64,000 nucleotides of DNA, from the NCBI GenBank assembly GCA_025999395.1, contig AP024682.1, forward strand, positions 468,680-532,679, given 5' to 3'. The translations under genes and the position numbers were made by a program. Shown here in pieces: positions 48,795 through 59,326 of this stretch. The notes under the pieces were generated by a model. The model ran no database searches. It was not told the origin of the DNA and saw only the letters and a program-made list of their open reading frames with translations. The stretch is from Candidatus Parcubacteria bacterium. Lineage in GTDB: Bacteria > Patescibacteriota > Minisyncoccia > UBA6257 > JAGOQP01. How positions within the stretch are numbered: the first letter of the stretch is position 1; the number at the start of each line of letters is the position of its first letter.

Positions 48795-51104
48795 CTATCT
48801 ATTTAGAATGCGTTTTATAACATTCAAAATACTTTTAATAGAAAAAATAGATTGCTGAAGAGATTCTAAGGAAAGAGGAGTACCTGTAGAAGAAGTTTTA
48901 AGATCAGAGGTGGTTGCTTTAGTTCCTACTGATCCTTGTTGAGGTAAAGGACGAGGATCTTTAAGAGTAAGCTTAACCACATCAATTGAGGCGGGATGAA
49001 TCTGAAAGATAGCAAAGGTTTTATCATCTACTTGTTGGAGGTGAGCATCCACCAAAATTTCTCCATTATAATTTAAGCCAGAAACATCGGCTGGAATAAT
49101 TTTAAGATTTCCATCATCACTAACTAATCCAACAGCTAGTGGTGCATAATAGAGCAACATATCACTTGAAGCAGATGATGGATCAAAACCAAAGCGATCA
49201 AGTTTTATTTTATTAACATCTCTTAATAAGACAACCCCATTATAAGCATGATTTCCAAAAGAATAATCGTTCAATTCCCCAAAGCGCGTCAGATCACCAA
49301 TAAATGCTATAGGCAAGGATTTAGTAAGTTCTTTAAATGGAGAAAACTTTGAATTAAGACCACAGGTTTTTCCAAGACCACTCGGCGGTGATTTGAGATC
49401 ATCCTCACACAAAGTATAACGGGAAATAAAGTTAAAACCACCTTCATTATTGAGTTTACGTATAATAACCCCGTTACGATAGCGATAGGAAGCGTCGGTT
49501 GGCCACTCTGGTCTTTTATGAATTCCAAATATTACATAAGCGAACTCCGCATTTTGATGATCATAATCATGAGAGAAAAAGTCGTAAATATACCCTTTAA
49601 CCTTATCTACTTCCAAACTTCCCCTATCAACATAAATTCTAACATCTTCAACTTCTGAAGCGTCGGGAAAATGAAGTTGGCCATTTAAACCACTTAATTT
49701 GAATGCTCCAATGAAAACAGGAATGCTGGGATTTGTAAGGTCAAAAACAAGAATATTTGACTCGTGTGTAGCATGCTGACGACCTCTTGAAACTGAAACA
49801 TTAGCTAAATAATACAGCTTACCTCCTTGATTTACAAAAAAGCTACCAGTAGCACCAACTTGATTAATAACACCCCTTTCTCTCATTAGTTGAGGAAGTT
49901 TATCTAAGCTAATTTTCCCTCCAGGCCTTAAATAAGGAGAACTATAACTTTGATTATCTGTAGCGATTACCTCAGCAACCTTAGAAAAAGTTTCTGATGT
50001 TACATCGAAAATCTCGAAATTAAATTTATTAGCCACTTTTTCTCTATAAGTATTCCCAATTGCGTATACCTTCCCATCAATACCCCTAAAAAGGCTAAAC
50101 AAATAAATACGATCATCATCGTTTTTGCCAGAATTTTCATCCTTGATTTCAGAAATACTCCAATCGGGATTGATTTTAAAAGAAACTACTGTAGCGCCTC
50201 CACTTCCAGGTACTAGAGAATAAATAACGGGATGATCATCAACAACTAGAAGAGGTGGTCTGTAAAATCCGATAAGTTGAACTGCTACTGCACCCCACAT
50301 TTGACCAGTTATCGAATCTTGATCATTGGGAATAATTTTTTCTCCCAGCAATCGAGGATTAAAGGGATTACTAATGTCGTAAATAGAAACCTTTATTCTT
50401 TTAGGAAAAGCTGTATAGCCAGTTTTTGAGTCAGAATGCGATGTTATCACCAGCATCACCTTTTTATTGTATAAACTAAAGAAAGCTACTTTGCTTATTC
50501 TCTCAGAGATAGTTTGTCCAGGCAATAAACTAAAAGGGTAAGCATAGTTATCACCATCTTTTAGTTCAATTAACTTTTTGATAAATTGAAAAGAACCAAG
50601 AGAAGAATTCACTTCGGTAATTTGAGGAGAGGCGATGGAGGGACGATCAGCTGAAACTATTATTTTTTCTTCCTTATAAAGTAACCAGGTGCAGGTAATT
50701 TTGTCAGAGGGTCCCTTAATTTCAAAAGCCGGACAAGAACTTCCCTTTTCTTTGTAATCTCCTAAATGAGTGGTATAACCTCGACTAATAATCTCCTCTA
50801 ATCCTTTAACCTGAGCTCGATAACTTCCGGGATCAAGATAAATGGGTTGACCTAAGGGAAATTCACCGATTTTTTTATTTTGAAGAAAAGCAAAGCTATC
50901 AGTCGATTTCGTTTCTGTCCAGATTTCTATCTTCACTTTTTGAGGATTAGGAATGGGCTCGTCTTCAATAAAATTTGTTCCTTGCCAATGGCCAAGTTTA
51001 ATAAAATAAGTAAAAGTTCCTCCTGTTTCAGCTTTAATAATTGAGGGAAGGTAAGAGAAAAGAAGAGAGGATAAAAGAAGAAGAAGATTAAGAGATTTTT
51101 TCAT
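48795..51104 (-). CDS. large secreted hypothetical protein (769 aa)
   Basis: Signal peptide MKKSLNLLLLLSSLLFSYLPSIIKA; beta-rich, possibly beta-propeller; no known motif. Confidence 0.55.
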   Translation of the reverse strand: MKKSLNLLLLLSSLLFSYLPSIIKAETGGTFTYFIKLGHWQGTNFIEDEPIPNPQKVKIEIWTETKSTDSFAFLQNKKIGEFPLGQPIYLDPGSYRAQVKGLEEIISRGYTTHLGDYKEKGSSCPAFEIKGPSDKITCTWLLYKEEKIIVSADRPSIASPQITEVNSSLGSFQFIKKLIELKDGDNYAYPFSLLPGQTISERISKVAFFSLYNKKVMLVITSHSDSKTGYTAFPKRIKVSIYDISNPFNPRLLGEKIIPNDQDSITGQMWGAVAVQLIGFYRPPLLVVDDHPVIYSLVPGSGGATVVSFKINPDWSISEIKDENSGKNDDDRIYLFSLFRGIDGKVYAIGNTYREKVANKFNFEIFDVTSETFSKVAEVIATDNQSYSSPYLRPGGKISLDKLPQLMRERGVINQVGATGSFFVNQGGKLYYLANVSVSRGRQHATHESNILVFDLTNPSIPVFIGAFKLSGLNGQLHFPDASEVEDVRIYVDRGSLEVDKVKGYIYDFFSHDYDHQNAEFAYVIFGIHKRPEWPTDASYRYRNGVIIRKLNNEGGFNFISRYTLCEDDLKSPPSGLGKTCGLNSKFSPFKELTKSLPIAFIGDLTRFGELNDYSFGNHAYNGVVLLRDVNKIKLDRFGFDPSSASSDMLLYYAPLAVGLVSDDGNLKIIPADVSGLNYNGEILVDAHLQQVDDKTFAIFQIHPASIDVVKLTLKDPRPLPQQGSVGTKATTSDLKTSSTGTPLSLESLQQSIFSIKSILNVIKRILNR

Positions 51105-51243
51105 AAGAAAGATAAATTTTAATAAAAACCAAGACTTTTTTAAAAAGACCTTTTTAATTCTTTTGGTAATTATAAGCTAATTCTTTGGAAAAGAGAAGAA
51201 AGTCTACAAAATTTTTTATATCCTCAACAAATAAATATAAGAA

Positions 51244-52269
51244 TTAATGTATTTCTGGCTGGAAATTACGATTGATAAAAACTCTATACCTTTCCTCAGC
51301 TTCAATCCCTTTTTTAGAAACAAAAACCTTAACCGCTAATCCCTCCATTGTTTCTTTTGAAAAGTTCTGATCAAAAACAAAATTTCCCAAACTATAAAAA
51401 ATAATGCCTTTTTTGTATCTTTCTATCTCCTGAACTACATGAGGATGATGTCCAACAATAATATCAGCTCCAGCATCTATAAGTTGATGAGCCAATTTTT
51501 TCTGCCAGCGGCTAGCATTTTTTTCATACTCGTTCCCCCAGTGAAGAGAAACAACAAGAATATCTGCCTCTTTTTTTTCTTTTATAGCCGCTACTAATTT
51601 TAAAATCCTTTCAATATCAAACCGGCTAATGCCGACTTGATTTTCTTTTGCCTCTAAACTTTTTGGATATAAATTTGTGTAAGCTAAAAAACCAATCTTT
51701 AAACGATCAGCGTCTAACGAAACAACTTTAAGAGAATTAGCTTCGTCAAAATTTTCTCCAGCGCCAACAGGAATTATTCCGTTATCTTTTAGAATTGTCA
51801 GAGTATCAAAAAGAGCCTCTTTGCCCCAATCCCAAATATGATTATTAGCTAAAGACAAAACATCAAAGCCGGCATAAATTAATCCTTCAACAACCTCAGG
51901 ATGAGCCCGAAAGGAATAAATACTCCCCTGATTTTCGCCACGCGCAGAAATAGGTCCTTCCAAATTTCCAAAAGTGATATCGGCTCCTTTCAAAAAATCA
52001 GCAGAAAGCTGAAAAGGGAAGGCGTAGTTATTATATTTTTCCATCTGCCTTCCTACAGCTCGCGACAGCATAATATCGCCTACAAATATCAGAGTTGCTA
52101 ACTGATGTTGATTGTCCTGCCGACTAACACTAACTAAATTACCCAAAAGAGAAGCAGTAAGTTGAGATTCCAAAGATTTTTCCCAAGCATCAAAAATTTG
52201 TCTTCCTAAATAACTCAATCCAGCTAAAAGAAAAACAACGACAAAAGAAAAAATAATAAAATTTCTCAC
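51244..52269 (-). CDS. capA: CapA/PgsA-family membrane-anchored metallophosphatase
   Basis: N-terminal TM; GDIMLSR, GNLEGP, HWGNEY, GHHPH motifs of the PGA_cap family. Confidence 0.75.
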   Translation of the reverse strand: MRNFIIFSFVVVFLLAGLSYLGRQIFDAWEKSLESQLTASLLGNLVSVSRQDNQHQLATLIFVGDIMLSRAVGRQMEKYNNYAFPFQLSADFLKGADITFGNLEGPISARGENQGSIYSFRAHPEVVEGLIYAGFDVLSLANNHIWDWGKEALFDTLTILKDNGIIPVGAGENFDEANSLKVVSLDADRLKIGFLAYTNLYPKSLEAKENQVGISRFDIERILKLVAAIKEKKEADILVVSLHWGNEYEKNASRWQKKLAHQLIDAGADIIVGHHPHVVQEIERYKKGIIFYSLGNFVFDQNFSKETMEGLAVKVFVSKKGIEAEERYRVFINRNFQPEIH

Positions 52270-52330
52270 AAATTATTTTTGTTATCTTCTCAAAAAATGA
52301 AATAGCCTTAAAAAACCAAATTCAAAAAAA

Positions 52331-53155
52331 CTAAAACTCAACCAATGAAAACTTTCCGCTGGTTTCCTTCATTTTTTGATTTCCGTTACCATCAAGCAAA
52401 ACAAAAACAATTCTATAATTTCCCGGTTTTACCCTTATTTCAAAGTTGCTAGTGCCAGCACAAGAGGACATAACAAACCCTGCCACCCATTCAAACTGGC
52501 TATCATTTTTTATTGCCGCATCTGGACACAAAGCACCAATTTCTCTTCCTTTCTCATCGACTAAAGTAAAGAGGTGGGTAAGAGGATGATAATCTTTTAA
52601 AATATTACTGGCGAGTTTAATACTAAAAGACTTTCCAATAACCAATCGACTACCTTCTTGTGGTAATAGAAAAAAAGAATTTGTTTCAGAAGGCCCAACA
52701 ATAGTGAAAGTAACTGAGTTGCTTCTTAAACCAAAAGCTGCTACATAAATCTCGTAAACTCCCGGAATAACTTCTAAATAACCCGAGCAAGGTAATTCCG
52801 GATTCGTTTTTTTAACACAAACTTTTTCGGGAAATCGAAAATTCAAAAGATTCGAATTTAATGTGTTTTTTACGCTAAAAACTCCGCTTTCTCCACGACT
52901 ATTGGTTATCCAAATATCTGTCCAACCATCAGGACCATTTAAGTTTTTTCCTTTTAAAGTAATAGGTATCCCCACCGCTCCAGAATCTGGAAAAATAGAA
53001 TCAATAAAGGGCTGATTATTAACTTCACTGGTTACTTGGTTTTGATTTACATTATTAGTACCACTATTAGAAACCGGTTTGTTAATAAAAGTGTATATTA
53101 ATACTCCTCCCAAAATTAATGCTGAAGCAATCAATATTATCGTGATTCTCTTCAT
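52331..53155 (-). CDS. secreted/membrane-anchored protein with IPT/TIG-like domain
   Basis: N-terminal TM or signal peptide; IDSIFPDSGAVGIPITLKGKNL IPT-like segment. Confidence 0.45.
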   Translation of the reverse strand: MKRITIILIASALILGGVLIYTFINKPVSNSGTNNVNQNQVTSEVNNQPFIDSIFPDSGAVGIPITLKGKNLNGPDGWTDIWITNSRGESGVFSVKNTLNSNLLNFRFPEKVCVKKTNPELPCSGYLEVIPGVYEIYVAAFGLRSNSVTFTIVGPSETNSFFLLPQEGSRLVIGKSFSIKLASNILKDYHPLTHLFTLVDEKGREIGALCPDAAIKNDSQFEWVAGFVMSSCAGTSNFEIRVKPGNYRIVFVLLDGNGNQKMKETSGKFSLVEF

Positions 53156-53159
53156 AACC

Positions 53160-54179
53160 TTACAAGACCTCTTTTATTTTCAACAAATGCTTAACTAAGG
53201 TTGCTACATATCCCCACTCGTTATCATACCAAGACAAAACTTTTACCAAGTCACCGTCAATTACTTTGGTAAACTTCAAGTCAACAATTGCTCCATAAGG
53301 TTCTCCAATAATGTCGCTAGAAACAATCGGATCATTAGTTACCTTTAATATTCCCTGCCATTGAGGCGATAGAGAAGCTTGAGTTAAAATTTGGTTTATT
53401 TCTTCAACCGAAGTTGGTCTTTTAGAAACAAAGGTGATATCTGCAATTGAACCACTTACTACCGGCACTCTCATCGCTACCCCATCAAATTTTCCTTCCA
53501 ACTCTGGCAGAGCCCGAGTTACTGCCAAAGCAGCTCCAGTCGTAGAAGGGACAATATTGAAAGCCCCCGCTCTTCCCCGGCGAAAATCATTTCCTTTTAC
53601 TGGTCCATCAACAAGATTTTGAGTAGCAGTATAAGCGTGAACAGTATTCAAGATTGCTTTCTTAATTCCCGGATTTTGAGATAAAACCGCTATTACTGGT
53701 GAAGCAGCATTGGTAGTACAAGAAGCGTTGGAAGAAATTTTACAGGTAGAAATTTTATCTTCATTAAGACCGATTAGAACGGTTTTTCCTATTTCATTAT
53801 CCTCATCTTTAGCTGGAGCAGTTAAAAGAACTCTTTTAGCTCCCGCTTCTAAATGAACTTTGGCTTTTTCATATGATTCAAAAACCCCCGTTGATTCAAT
53901 AACCACATCCACCGCTAACGCTCCCCAAGGAAGTTTTAGAGGATCCTTTTCTTGAAAAAAATGAATGCTCTTGCCCTCAACTAAAAGAAGATTTTTAGCA
54001 GTATCTACTTCAACTTTTTTCTCCCAAGCGCGATAAACTGAATCGTACTTTAAAAGATAAGCCAAATTTTCTAATCCTCCCAAATCGTTAATAGCTACCA
54101 CCTCTATCTCGGAATGATCAAAAATTTGACGGAAGAAAAGTCTTCCGATTCTTCCGAAACCATTAATAGCAATTTTCAT
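53160..54179 (-). CDS. gap: glyceraldehyde-3-phosphate dehydrogenase
   Basis: INGFGRIGR NAD-binding motif and active-site ASCTTN. Confidence 0.95.
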   Translation of the reverse strand: MKIAINGFGRIGRLFFRQIFDHSEIEVVAINDLGGLENLAYLLKYDSVYRAWEKKVEVDTAKNLLLVEGKSIHFFQEKDPLKLPWGALAVDVVIESTGVFESYEKAKVHLEAGAKRVLLTAPAKDEDNEIGKTVLIGLNEDKISTCKISSNASCTTNAASPVIAVLSQNPGIKKAILNTVHAYTATQNLVDGPVKGNDFRRGRAGAFNIVPSTTGAALAVTRALPELEGKFDGVAMRVPVVSGSIADITFVSKRPTSVEEINQILTQASLSPQWQGILKVTNDPIVSSDIIGEPYGAIVDLKFTKVIDGDLVKVLSWYDNEWGYVATLVKHLLKIKEVL

Positions 54180-54273
54180 ATTTCTAATAAAAAAATTAAT
54201 TATAAAAAAAACACCTTGTTAAATTTTTTAAGATCAGATCAAGTTTAATTATACTAAAAGACAAACTAAAAAA

Positions 54274-55542
54274 CTAATTGGTGGCTTGATAAATAGAAAG
54301 AATTTCTGAATCAGAAAGAGCTCTGTTAAAAAGATAAATCTCATCCAATAATCCATTGAAATAACTACGGAAATCTACTCCATTTGTAGTAGACTCAGCT
54401 CCCATAACAAACTTAGTCACCGAAGAGGGAGTATTAATAGATGAGGGAGAAAATTGTTGGACAAAATTACCATTTTTAAAAGCTTTTACAGTAGAACCAT
54501 CAAAAGAAATTCCAACAAAAGTCCATTGACTTAAAGGAAAACTAAAGCTAGAAAAATTAGTATCCATACACCCTCCCCAGAAATTCAGATTAGTACCAAA
54601 CCTTCCAAAATAAAACTGTTTGCCAGTGCAATCTCCATTACCATAACCAACTATGCCATAGTAATTGACACTATTTAACGGTTTTACCCAAGCCAAAATC
54701 GTTCGTGGGGAATTTCCTTTTGGTAAATTGTTTACCGAAGCTAAAGCATAGTCATTTACTCCATCGAAATTAAGACAACTTCCCTTTTTACAATTAGCTC
54801 CAGTCTCCCAAATAGGACCATTATAAAGAGTAGCATGGTTTCCCTTTCCTGAAGAATCGTTAGCTATCAAACCAGACCCTTCATCAAAAGACCAATGTCC
54901 TAACAACCCCGTCAACCTTACTGTAAAGGGAGTCAATGAAGATACTGAAGTTCTACGATAATAAACTCCATTCCCACCGGTAAATGAGGAAATATACTTA
55001 TCTGATTCTAATAAGGAAGTTAATTCCCAACTTCCTCCTGTTACATAGGTATAATAATTTCCAGTAGAGGTAGCATTAATAGGATCAATAGGAAGTTTAG
55101 AAAAGGAAAGAGCTCTGGATTGAGAGAAATTAACAGGAATCCAGCCATTACCATCAATTCTTTGAAGATTAGCTTGAGTAACACAGCGATAACTCCAACC
55201 TGAAGGTAAAGAAGGTAAACCTAAATTAGCACAAGTTGAAGAGGTATCAGGGATTGAGACATAAACAGTATTAGGATTTCCAAAAGAGGTATATCCTTGA
55301 GACTCTAAGACTAATAAAGCCTTATTAATGCTATCTAAATCAGAGACTCTTTGAGCATCGCGAGCTTGTTTAAGATAGTCTAAAGGGTTTAAAGTAACAA
55401 TAACAGCGGTAGTTAAAACTGCAATGATGCCGATAACAATTAAGAGTTCTACAAGGGTGAAGGATTTTTGAAAGTTTTCTTTTAAAGAATAAAAATTAGA
55501 ATAAAAATTAGGATTTTTTTTAATAGAATTCATTTTATACAA
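54274..55542 (-). CDS. large type IV pilin-like protein with LamG domain (422 aa)
   Basis: QKSFTLVELLIVIGIIAVLTTAVI prepilin-like helix; LamG hallmarks LLGHWSFDEGSG.., LNFDGVNDYALAS, IYLFNRALSDSEILSIYQ; starts immediately after the pheS stop. Confidence 0.7.
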   Translation of the reverse strand: MYKMNSIKKNPNFYSNFYSLKENFQKSFTLVELLIVIGIIAVLTTAVIVTLNPLDYLKQARDAQRVSDLDSINKALLVLESQGYTSFGNPNTVYVSIPDTSSTCANLGLPSLPSGWSYRCVTQANLQRIDGNGWIPVNFSQSRALSFSKLPIDPINATSTGNYYTYVTGGSWELTSLLESDKYISSFTGGNGVYYRRTSVSSLTPFTVRLTGLLGHWSFDEGSGLIANDSSGKGNHATLYNGPIWETGANCKKGSCLNFDGVNDYALASVNNLPKGNSPRTILAWVKPLNSVNYYGIVGYGNGDCTGKQFYFGRFGTNLNFWGGCMDTNFSSFSFPLSQWTFVGISFDGSTVKAFKNGNFVQQFSPSSINTPSSVTKFVMGAESTTNGVDFRSYFNGLLDEIYLFNRALSDSEILSIYQATN

Positions 55543-56712
55543 CTACCTAATTAATGCCTTAAGCTCTTCTTTTGTTTTTTCAACAATTTTTTCCTGAATT
55601 TTATTTACTTCTTCATTGGTTAAAGTTCTTTCTGGAGAACGATAGATGATTCTAAAGGTATAACTTAATTTATCCTTACCAAACTTCTCATCGTTTTCAT
55701 ATTTATCCAACATTTTAACTTCCTCCACTAATTCTCCAGCACAATCACGAACAATTTCATAATAATTGTTAAGACTCATATTTTTGGGCACAATAAAAGA
55801 AATATCTCGATAAGTCATCGGGAATTTGCTCACTTCACGATAAATACTATCAATGCTAGTAAACTGACTAGTGATGCGCGGGTCATTTGACCAAAAAATT
55901 CTGATATCGGGAATTTTCATTTTAACCATTGCCAATCTTTCCAAACCAAAACCAAAGGCCCAACCATTGTAAATCTCTGGATCAATTCCAAGATTTTTAA
56001 GAACCTGATTATGAACTACTCCTGCCCCTACCACCTCCAGCCATTTTTCTTCTCCACCATCGCTTTCAATTTTGATTTCTACTTGAGTGCTGGGATGCGT
56101 AAAAGGAAAAGTATCTTCTAAAAATCGGAAAACTACTTTCTCGCCATAAATTGCTTTTACAATCTCTGAAAGCACTTCTTGAAGCTCGGGAATGCCAATA
56201 ATTTTTTTATCTCGCCGACATAAGTAAAGCCCATCAACTTGATGAAAAACCGGGAAATGATTCCTGTCAATTTCGTCTTTCCGGAAAACCTTACCATAAC
56301 TTAAGAGTCCAATTTCCCCTTCTTCTTGAAGCTTCTTTTTAGCATCTTCTCTTTGAAGATAAAAAGTCCACATTACCGTGGTTTGGGTTCGCAAAACATA
56401 ATCTTTGCTGACATAATAAGTGTCTGTTTCTCGGCGACTAGGATGATCTAAAGGAGTATTAAGCAAATCAAAATTATCCCGAACGCTTACAATCTCTGGA
56501 AATTCAATAATGTCAAAGTCTTTAAAAGCTTCAATTGAAAGAATCTTTTCAACAATAAACTTTAGAGGCGAATTTTCTTTCCTTGTAAGATCAGGAAGAG
56601 ACAAAAGTCTTTTTATTCTTGTTGCTTGAATATCGTCTCTTTTTTTTAGTTCTTCTAATAATTGATCGCTAATTGGATCTTTAGCAACAATATATTCGCG
56701 TTTCATTTTCAA
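55543..56712 (-). CDS. pheS: phenylalanyl-tRNA synthetase alpha subunit
   Basis: Class II motifs incl. FRFLEDTFPFTHPS.., motif 3 GWAFGFGLERLAMV. Confidence 0.85.
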   Translation of the reverse strand: MKMKREYIVAKDPISDQLLEELKKRDDIQATRIKRLLSLPDLTRKENSPLKFIVEKILSIEAFKDFDIIEFPEIVSVRDNFDLLNTPLDHPSRRETDTYYVSKDYVLRTQTTVMWTFYLQREDAKKKLQEEGEIGLLSYGKVFRKDEIDRNHFPVFHQVDGLYLCRRDKKIIGIPELQEVLSEIVKAIYGEKVVFRFLEDTFPFTHPSTQVEIKIESDGGEEKWLEVVGAGVVHNQVLKNLGIDPEIYNGWAFGFGLERLAMVKMKIPDIRIFWSNDPRITSQFTSIDSIYREVSKFPMTYRDISFIVPKNMSLNNYYEIVRDCAGELVEEVKMLDKYENDEKFGKDKLSYTFRIIYRSPERTLTNEEVNKIQEKIVEKTKEELKALIR

Positions 56713-56774
56713 TGATTTTTTAATTTTAGATCACTTAATCAAAAAAATAATAGCAAAAAAAACAAAAAACACAA

Positions 56775-56807
56775 ATAATAAAAAGCCGTATCGTAGCAAC
56801 ACGGTAA
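56775..56807 (-). terminator. rho-independent terminator candidate after the 61-aa ORF
   Basis: Minus strand ACCGTGTTGCTACGATACGG followed by CTTTTTATT. Confidence 0.4.
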
Positions 56808-56824
56808 AAACCAAAGAGCAAATT

Positions 56825-57010
56825 CTATTTTTCTTTCTGAGATTCTTTCTTCAACTCCTCATAATAAAGGGAAGGTTGTTTTCTGACAAACTCAAGAAAC
56901 CAATCTCCGTCGTATCCCATTTCCTCTCCCATTTTTCTAACGAACTTTTCCATCTCTTCATCAAATTCAACCGACCTTGAATTTCTCGGAAAATAGAGAA
57001 CCTCACCCAT
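56825..57010 (-). CDS. hypothetical small acidic protein (61 aa)
   Basis: Isolated short ORF between tRNA-Leu and pheS with its own terminator; no motif. Confidence 0.3.
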   Translation of the reverse strand: MGEVLYFPRNSRSVEFDEEMEKFVRKMGEEMGYDGDWFLEFVRKQPSLYYEELKKESQKEK

Positions 57011-57109
57011 CTTTCTCCCTCCTTTCTAAAGAACCTTCTGAAGTAGAATAGAAAACAAGTTTTTTGCCAAACAAAAGTAGAGTTAAGAAAAACAAAGAAT
57101 AAAAACCAG

Positions 57110-57194
57110 TGCGCGGGAGAGGACTCGAACCTCCACGCCTAAAAAGGCACTACCACCTCAAAGTAGCGCGTCTACCAATTCCGCCACCCGCGCA
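57110..57194 (-). tRNA. tRNA-Leu (GAG), class II
   Basis: GCGCGGG acceptor, anticodon stem CTACT/GGTAG with loop TTGAGGT, variable arm GCCTTTTTAGGC, T-loop TTCGAGT, A73. Confidence 0.8.
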
Positions 57195-57282
57195 TTCAAA
57201 TCGTCTTAAAGATAAAATGTTCTTAAAAAAATTATAGACAAAGAAAAATCAAATTTCAACGTTTCTAAAAAATAGAATTTTT

Positions 57283-57316
57283 TAAAAACAAAAAACAGGG
57301 TTCCTTTCCCCTGTTT
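57283..57316 (-). terminator. strong rho-independent terminator after rplS
   Basis: Minus strand CAGGG-GAAAGGAA-CCCTG followed by TTTTTTGTTTTT. Confidence 0.7.
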
Positions 57317-57341
57317 TGAATAATCATCAAAAAGCTTTCTT

Positions 57342-57674
57342 TTATAAAGAAACCCCTAACTTTCTTTGAATCTTCTTCTTAGAAGCTTCTCTTACCCAAT
57401 AAAGTTTGGCCCTTTTTACTTTCTTAGGAGAGGAAAGAATTTTTACTGAAAGAATATTGGGAGAGTTTAAGGGATAAATTTTTTCTACCCCCACTCCATC
57501 GACAATTGCTCGAACAGTAAAGGTTGCCTGCGGTTGACTGCCGTGCTTTCTGGCAATTACCAAGCCCTTAAAAGTGCTGGTTCTTCCTTTTTCTCCTTCA
57601 CCTACTTTTTCTACTACACTCACTAAGGCTCCCGGTTTTATTTTTTCAGCAGTTTCTTTGTCTATCATACCCAA
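57342..57674 (-). CDS. rplS: 50S ribosomal protein L19
   Basis: L19 signature region KPGALVSV..GEGEKGRTSTFKGLVIARK. Confidence 0.9.
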   Translation of the reverse strand: MGMIDKETAEKIKPGALVSVVEKVGEGEKGRTSTFKGLVIARKHGSQPQATFTVRAIVDGVGVEKIYPLNSPNILSVKILSSPKKVKRAKLYWVREASKKKIQRKLGVSL

Positions 57675-57694
57675 AAAGAATAGCGGAAAAAAAT

Positions 57695-58402
57695 CTATTT
57701 GTCAAAATCAAACCCCAAAAAAGAAGAAAAATCATCAGGCAAAGGAGCTTCGATTTTATATCTTTGATTACGCCAATCGCTAAACTCTAAAGAAAAAGCG
57801 TGAAGCATTAGTCGCGAAGCCAGTAAAGCATTTTTCTTACCTCCATAAATTTTATCTCCTACTACTGGATGATTTAAAAAATTCAAATGAACTCTTATTT
57901 GATGAGTTCTTCCGGTAAGAGGCATTATTTCTAATAAAGAAAACCATTCTTCTCCTTTTTTAAATTCTTTGAGAACTTTATATTCAGTAATTGCTTCTTT
58001 GGTCATTTTTGAAGAAAAAATCGTTCTTTTGGTGGTTCCTTTTTTAATTCCAAGAGGAAGATTTATTACTCCCGCCTTATTTTTTAGTTGTCCCCTCACC
58101 ACCGCTAGATAAGTTTTTTTTACCTGCCGTTGAGCAAAAAGATTTTTAAAATAATCAAAACTTTCTTGATGTAAACATACCAAAAGAGCTCCGGAAGTCT
58201 CCTTATCTAAGCGATGAACAATGCCGGGGCGCCAGATAGGATCATCACCTACTTTTTTAACTTGAGGAAAGTTTTTTACTAACCACTCAACTAAGGTTGG
58301 CTGCTTTTCTTTAAAATAAGGGGCGCCGTGAACCAATAACCCAGCGGGTTTGTTTAAAACCAGAAAATCTTTATTTTGAAAAACAATCTCTATCTCCTTC
58401 AT
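57695..58402 (-). CDS. RluA-family pseudouridine synthase
   Basis: Catalytic HRLDKETSGALLV motif. Confidence 0.85.
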   Translation of the reverse strand: MKEIEIVFQNKDFLVLNKPAGLLVHGAPYFKEKQPTLVEWLVKNFPQVKKVGDDPIWRPGIVHRLDKETSGALLVCLHQESFDYFKNLFAQRQVKKTYLAVVRGQLKNKAGVINLPLGIKKGTTKRTIFSSKMTKEAITEYKVLKEFKKGEEWFSLLEIMPLTGRTHQIRVHLNFLNHPVVGDKIYGGKKNALLASRLMLHAFSLEFSDWRNQRYKIEAPLPDDFSSFLGFDFDK

Positions 58403-58408
58403 TAAAAA

Positions 58409-59326
58409 TTAGCGCTGAACACTTTCTAGGTAATAAGCAAGAGTCTCAAAAGATGCGTCTCTTTGATCAATCTCCTGAGAAGCTTTTTCCTCAAACAAAG
58501 AAACTCTTCTTCTATAAACTTCTCTTGCTCTTTCTAGGGTTCTTCGATAAAGAGAAATTTCCTCTTCTGGTCGTCTATTTTTTCTTGCATAATCTATCCA
58601 AGCTTCCAACTCTAAGATAATCTCCCTCAAAATTTGAAAATTTAAAAAATGACTCCTTACTCTTTCTTGAAAGGTTGGATTCATTCTTGAAGAAAGCCAG
58701 ATCTGTCCAAAATCTTTTACCGTCGCCGGATCTGCAGCAATGACAACTCGCGGAATTCGAGAAAGTTCCCCTCGAAAATTCATTCTTTGAGAAGAAAAAT
58801 ATTTTACTCGAGCGAAATTTCCCTTCCGCACATCTTCCAAAACTTGACCCAATTTTCCTTCTAACTCTCTACCGGTAGTGACATCAACCGCTAACCCTAA
58901 ATGAGAGTACAAATCCTCCTTCTTTTCCCAAAACTCAACAACCGCATCAACCCCTCCGAAAAAGTCATCATATAAAGAAGTCCCTTTTACTAAAGAATTA
59001 GGGCCAAAAAGCCTATCTTCTTTATTTACCCCTCGCTCGATAATCATTCCCTCAAAGGCGATCCCTAGTTTTAAAACTTCAGCCGGCATTCCGGCATCTA
59101 TTTGTTCAAAATATTTTTTTCTTCTTTCCACCCTTTCTAAATCTTCTCTTACTCTTTCTACACCATACAAATCGACAAAATCTTCCATTTTAATAGAAAG
59201 GCCTTCTCTCCATCTTTTCGCTTCTCGATACAATTGATCTAAAAAAATCCGATCTAGCGTTCTTTCTTCTTCTCGTCGAAAACCTCTAAAGTCACGCATA
59301 AATGTAGAAATAAATTTACCTCTCAT
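58409..59326 (-). CDS. hypothetical protein (305 aa), Arg/Glu-rich, translationally coupled to upstream MazG-like gene
   Basis: Complete ORF; its first 11 nt overlap the mazG-like 3' end; no recognisable family. Confidence 0.5.
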   Translation of the reverse strand: MRGKFISTFMRDFRGFRREEERTLDRIFLDQLYREAKRWREGLSIKMEDFVDLYGVERVREDLERVERRKKYFEQIDAGMPAEVLKLGIAFEGMIIERGVNKEDRLFGPNSLVKGTSLYDDFFGGVDAVVEFWEKKEDLYSHLGLAVDVTTGRELEGKLGQVLEDVRKGNFARVKYFSSQRMNFRGELSRIPRVVIAADPATVKDFGQIWLSSRMNPTFQERVRSHFLNFQILREIILELEAWIDYARKNRRPEEEISLYRRTLERAREVYRRRVSLFEEKASQEIDQRDASFETLAYYLESVQR

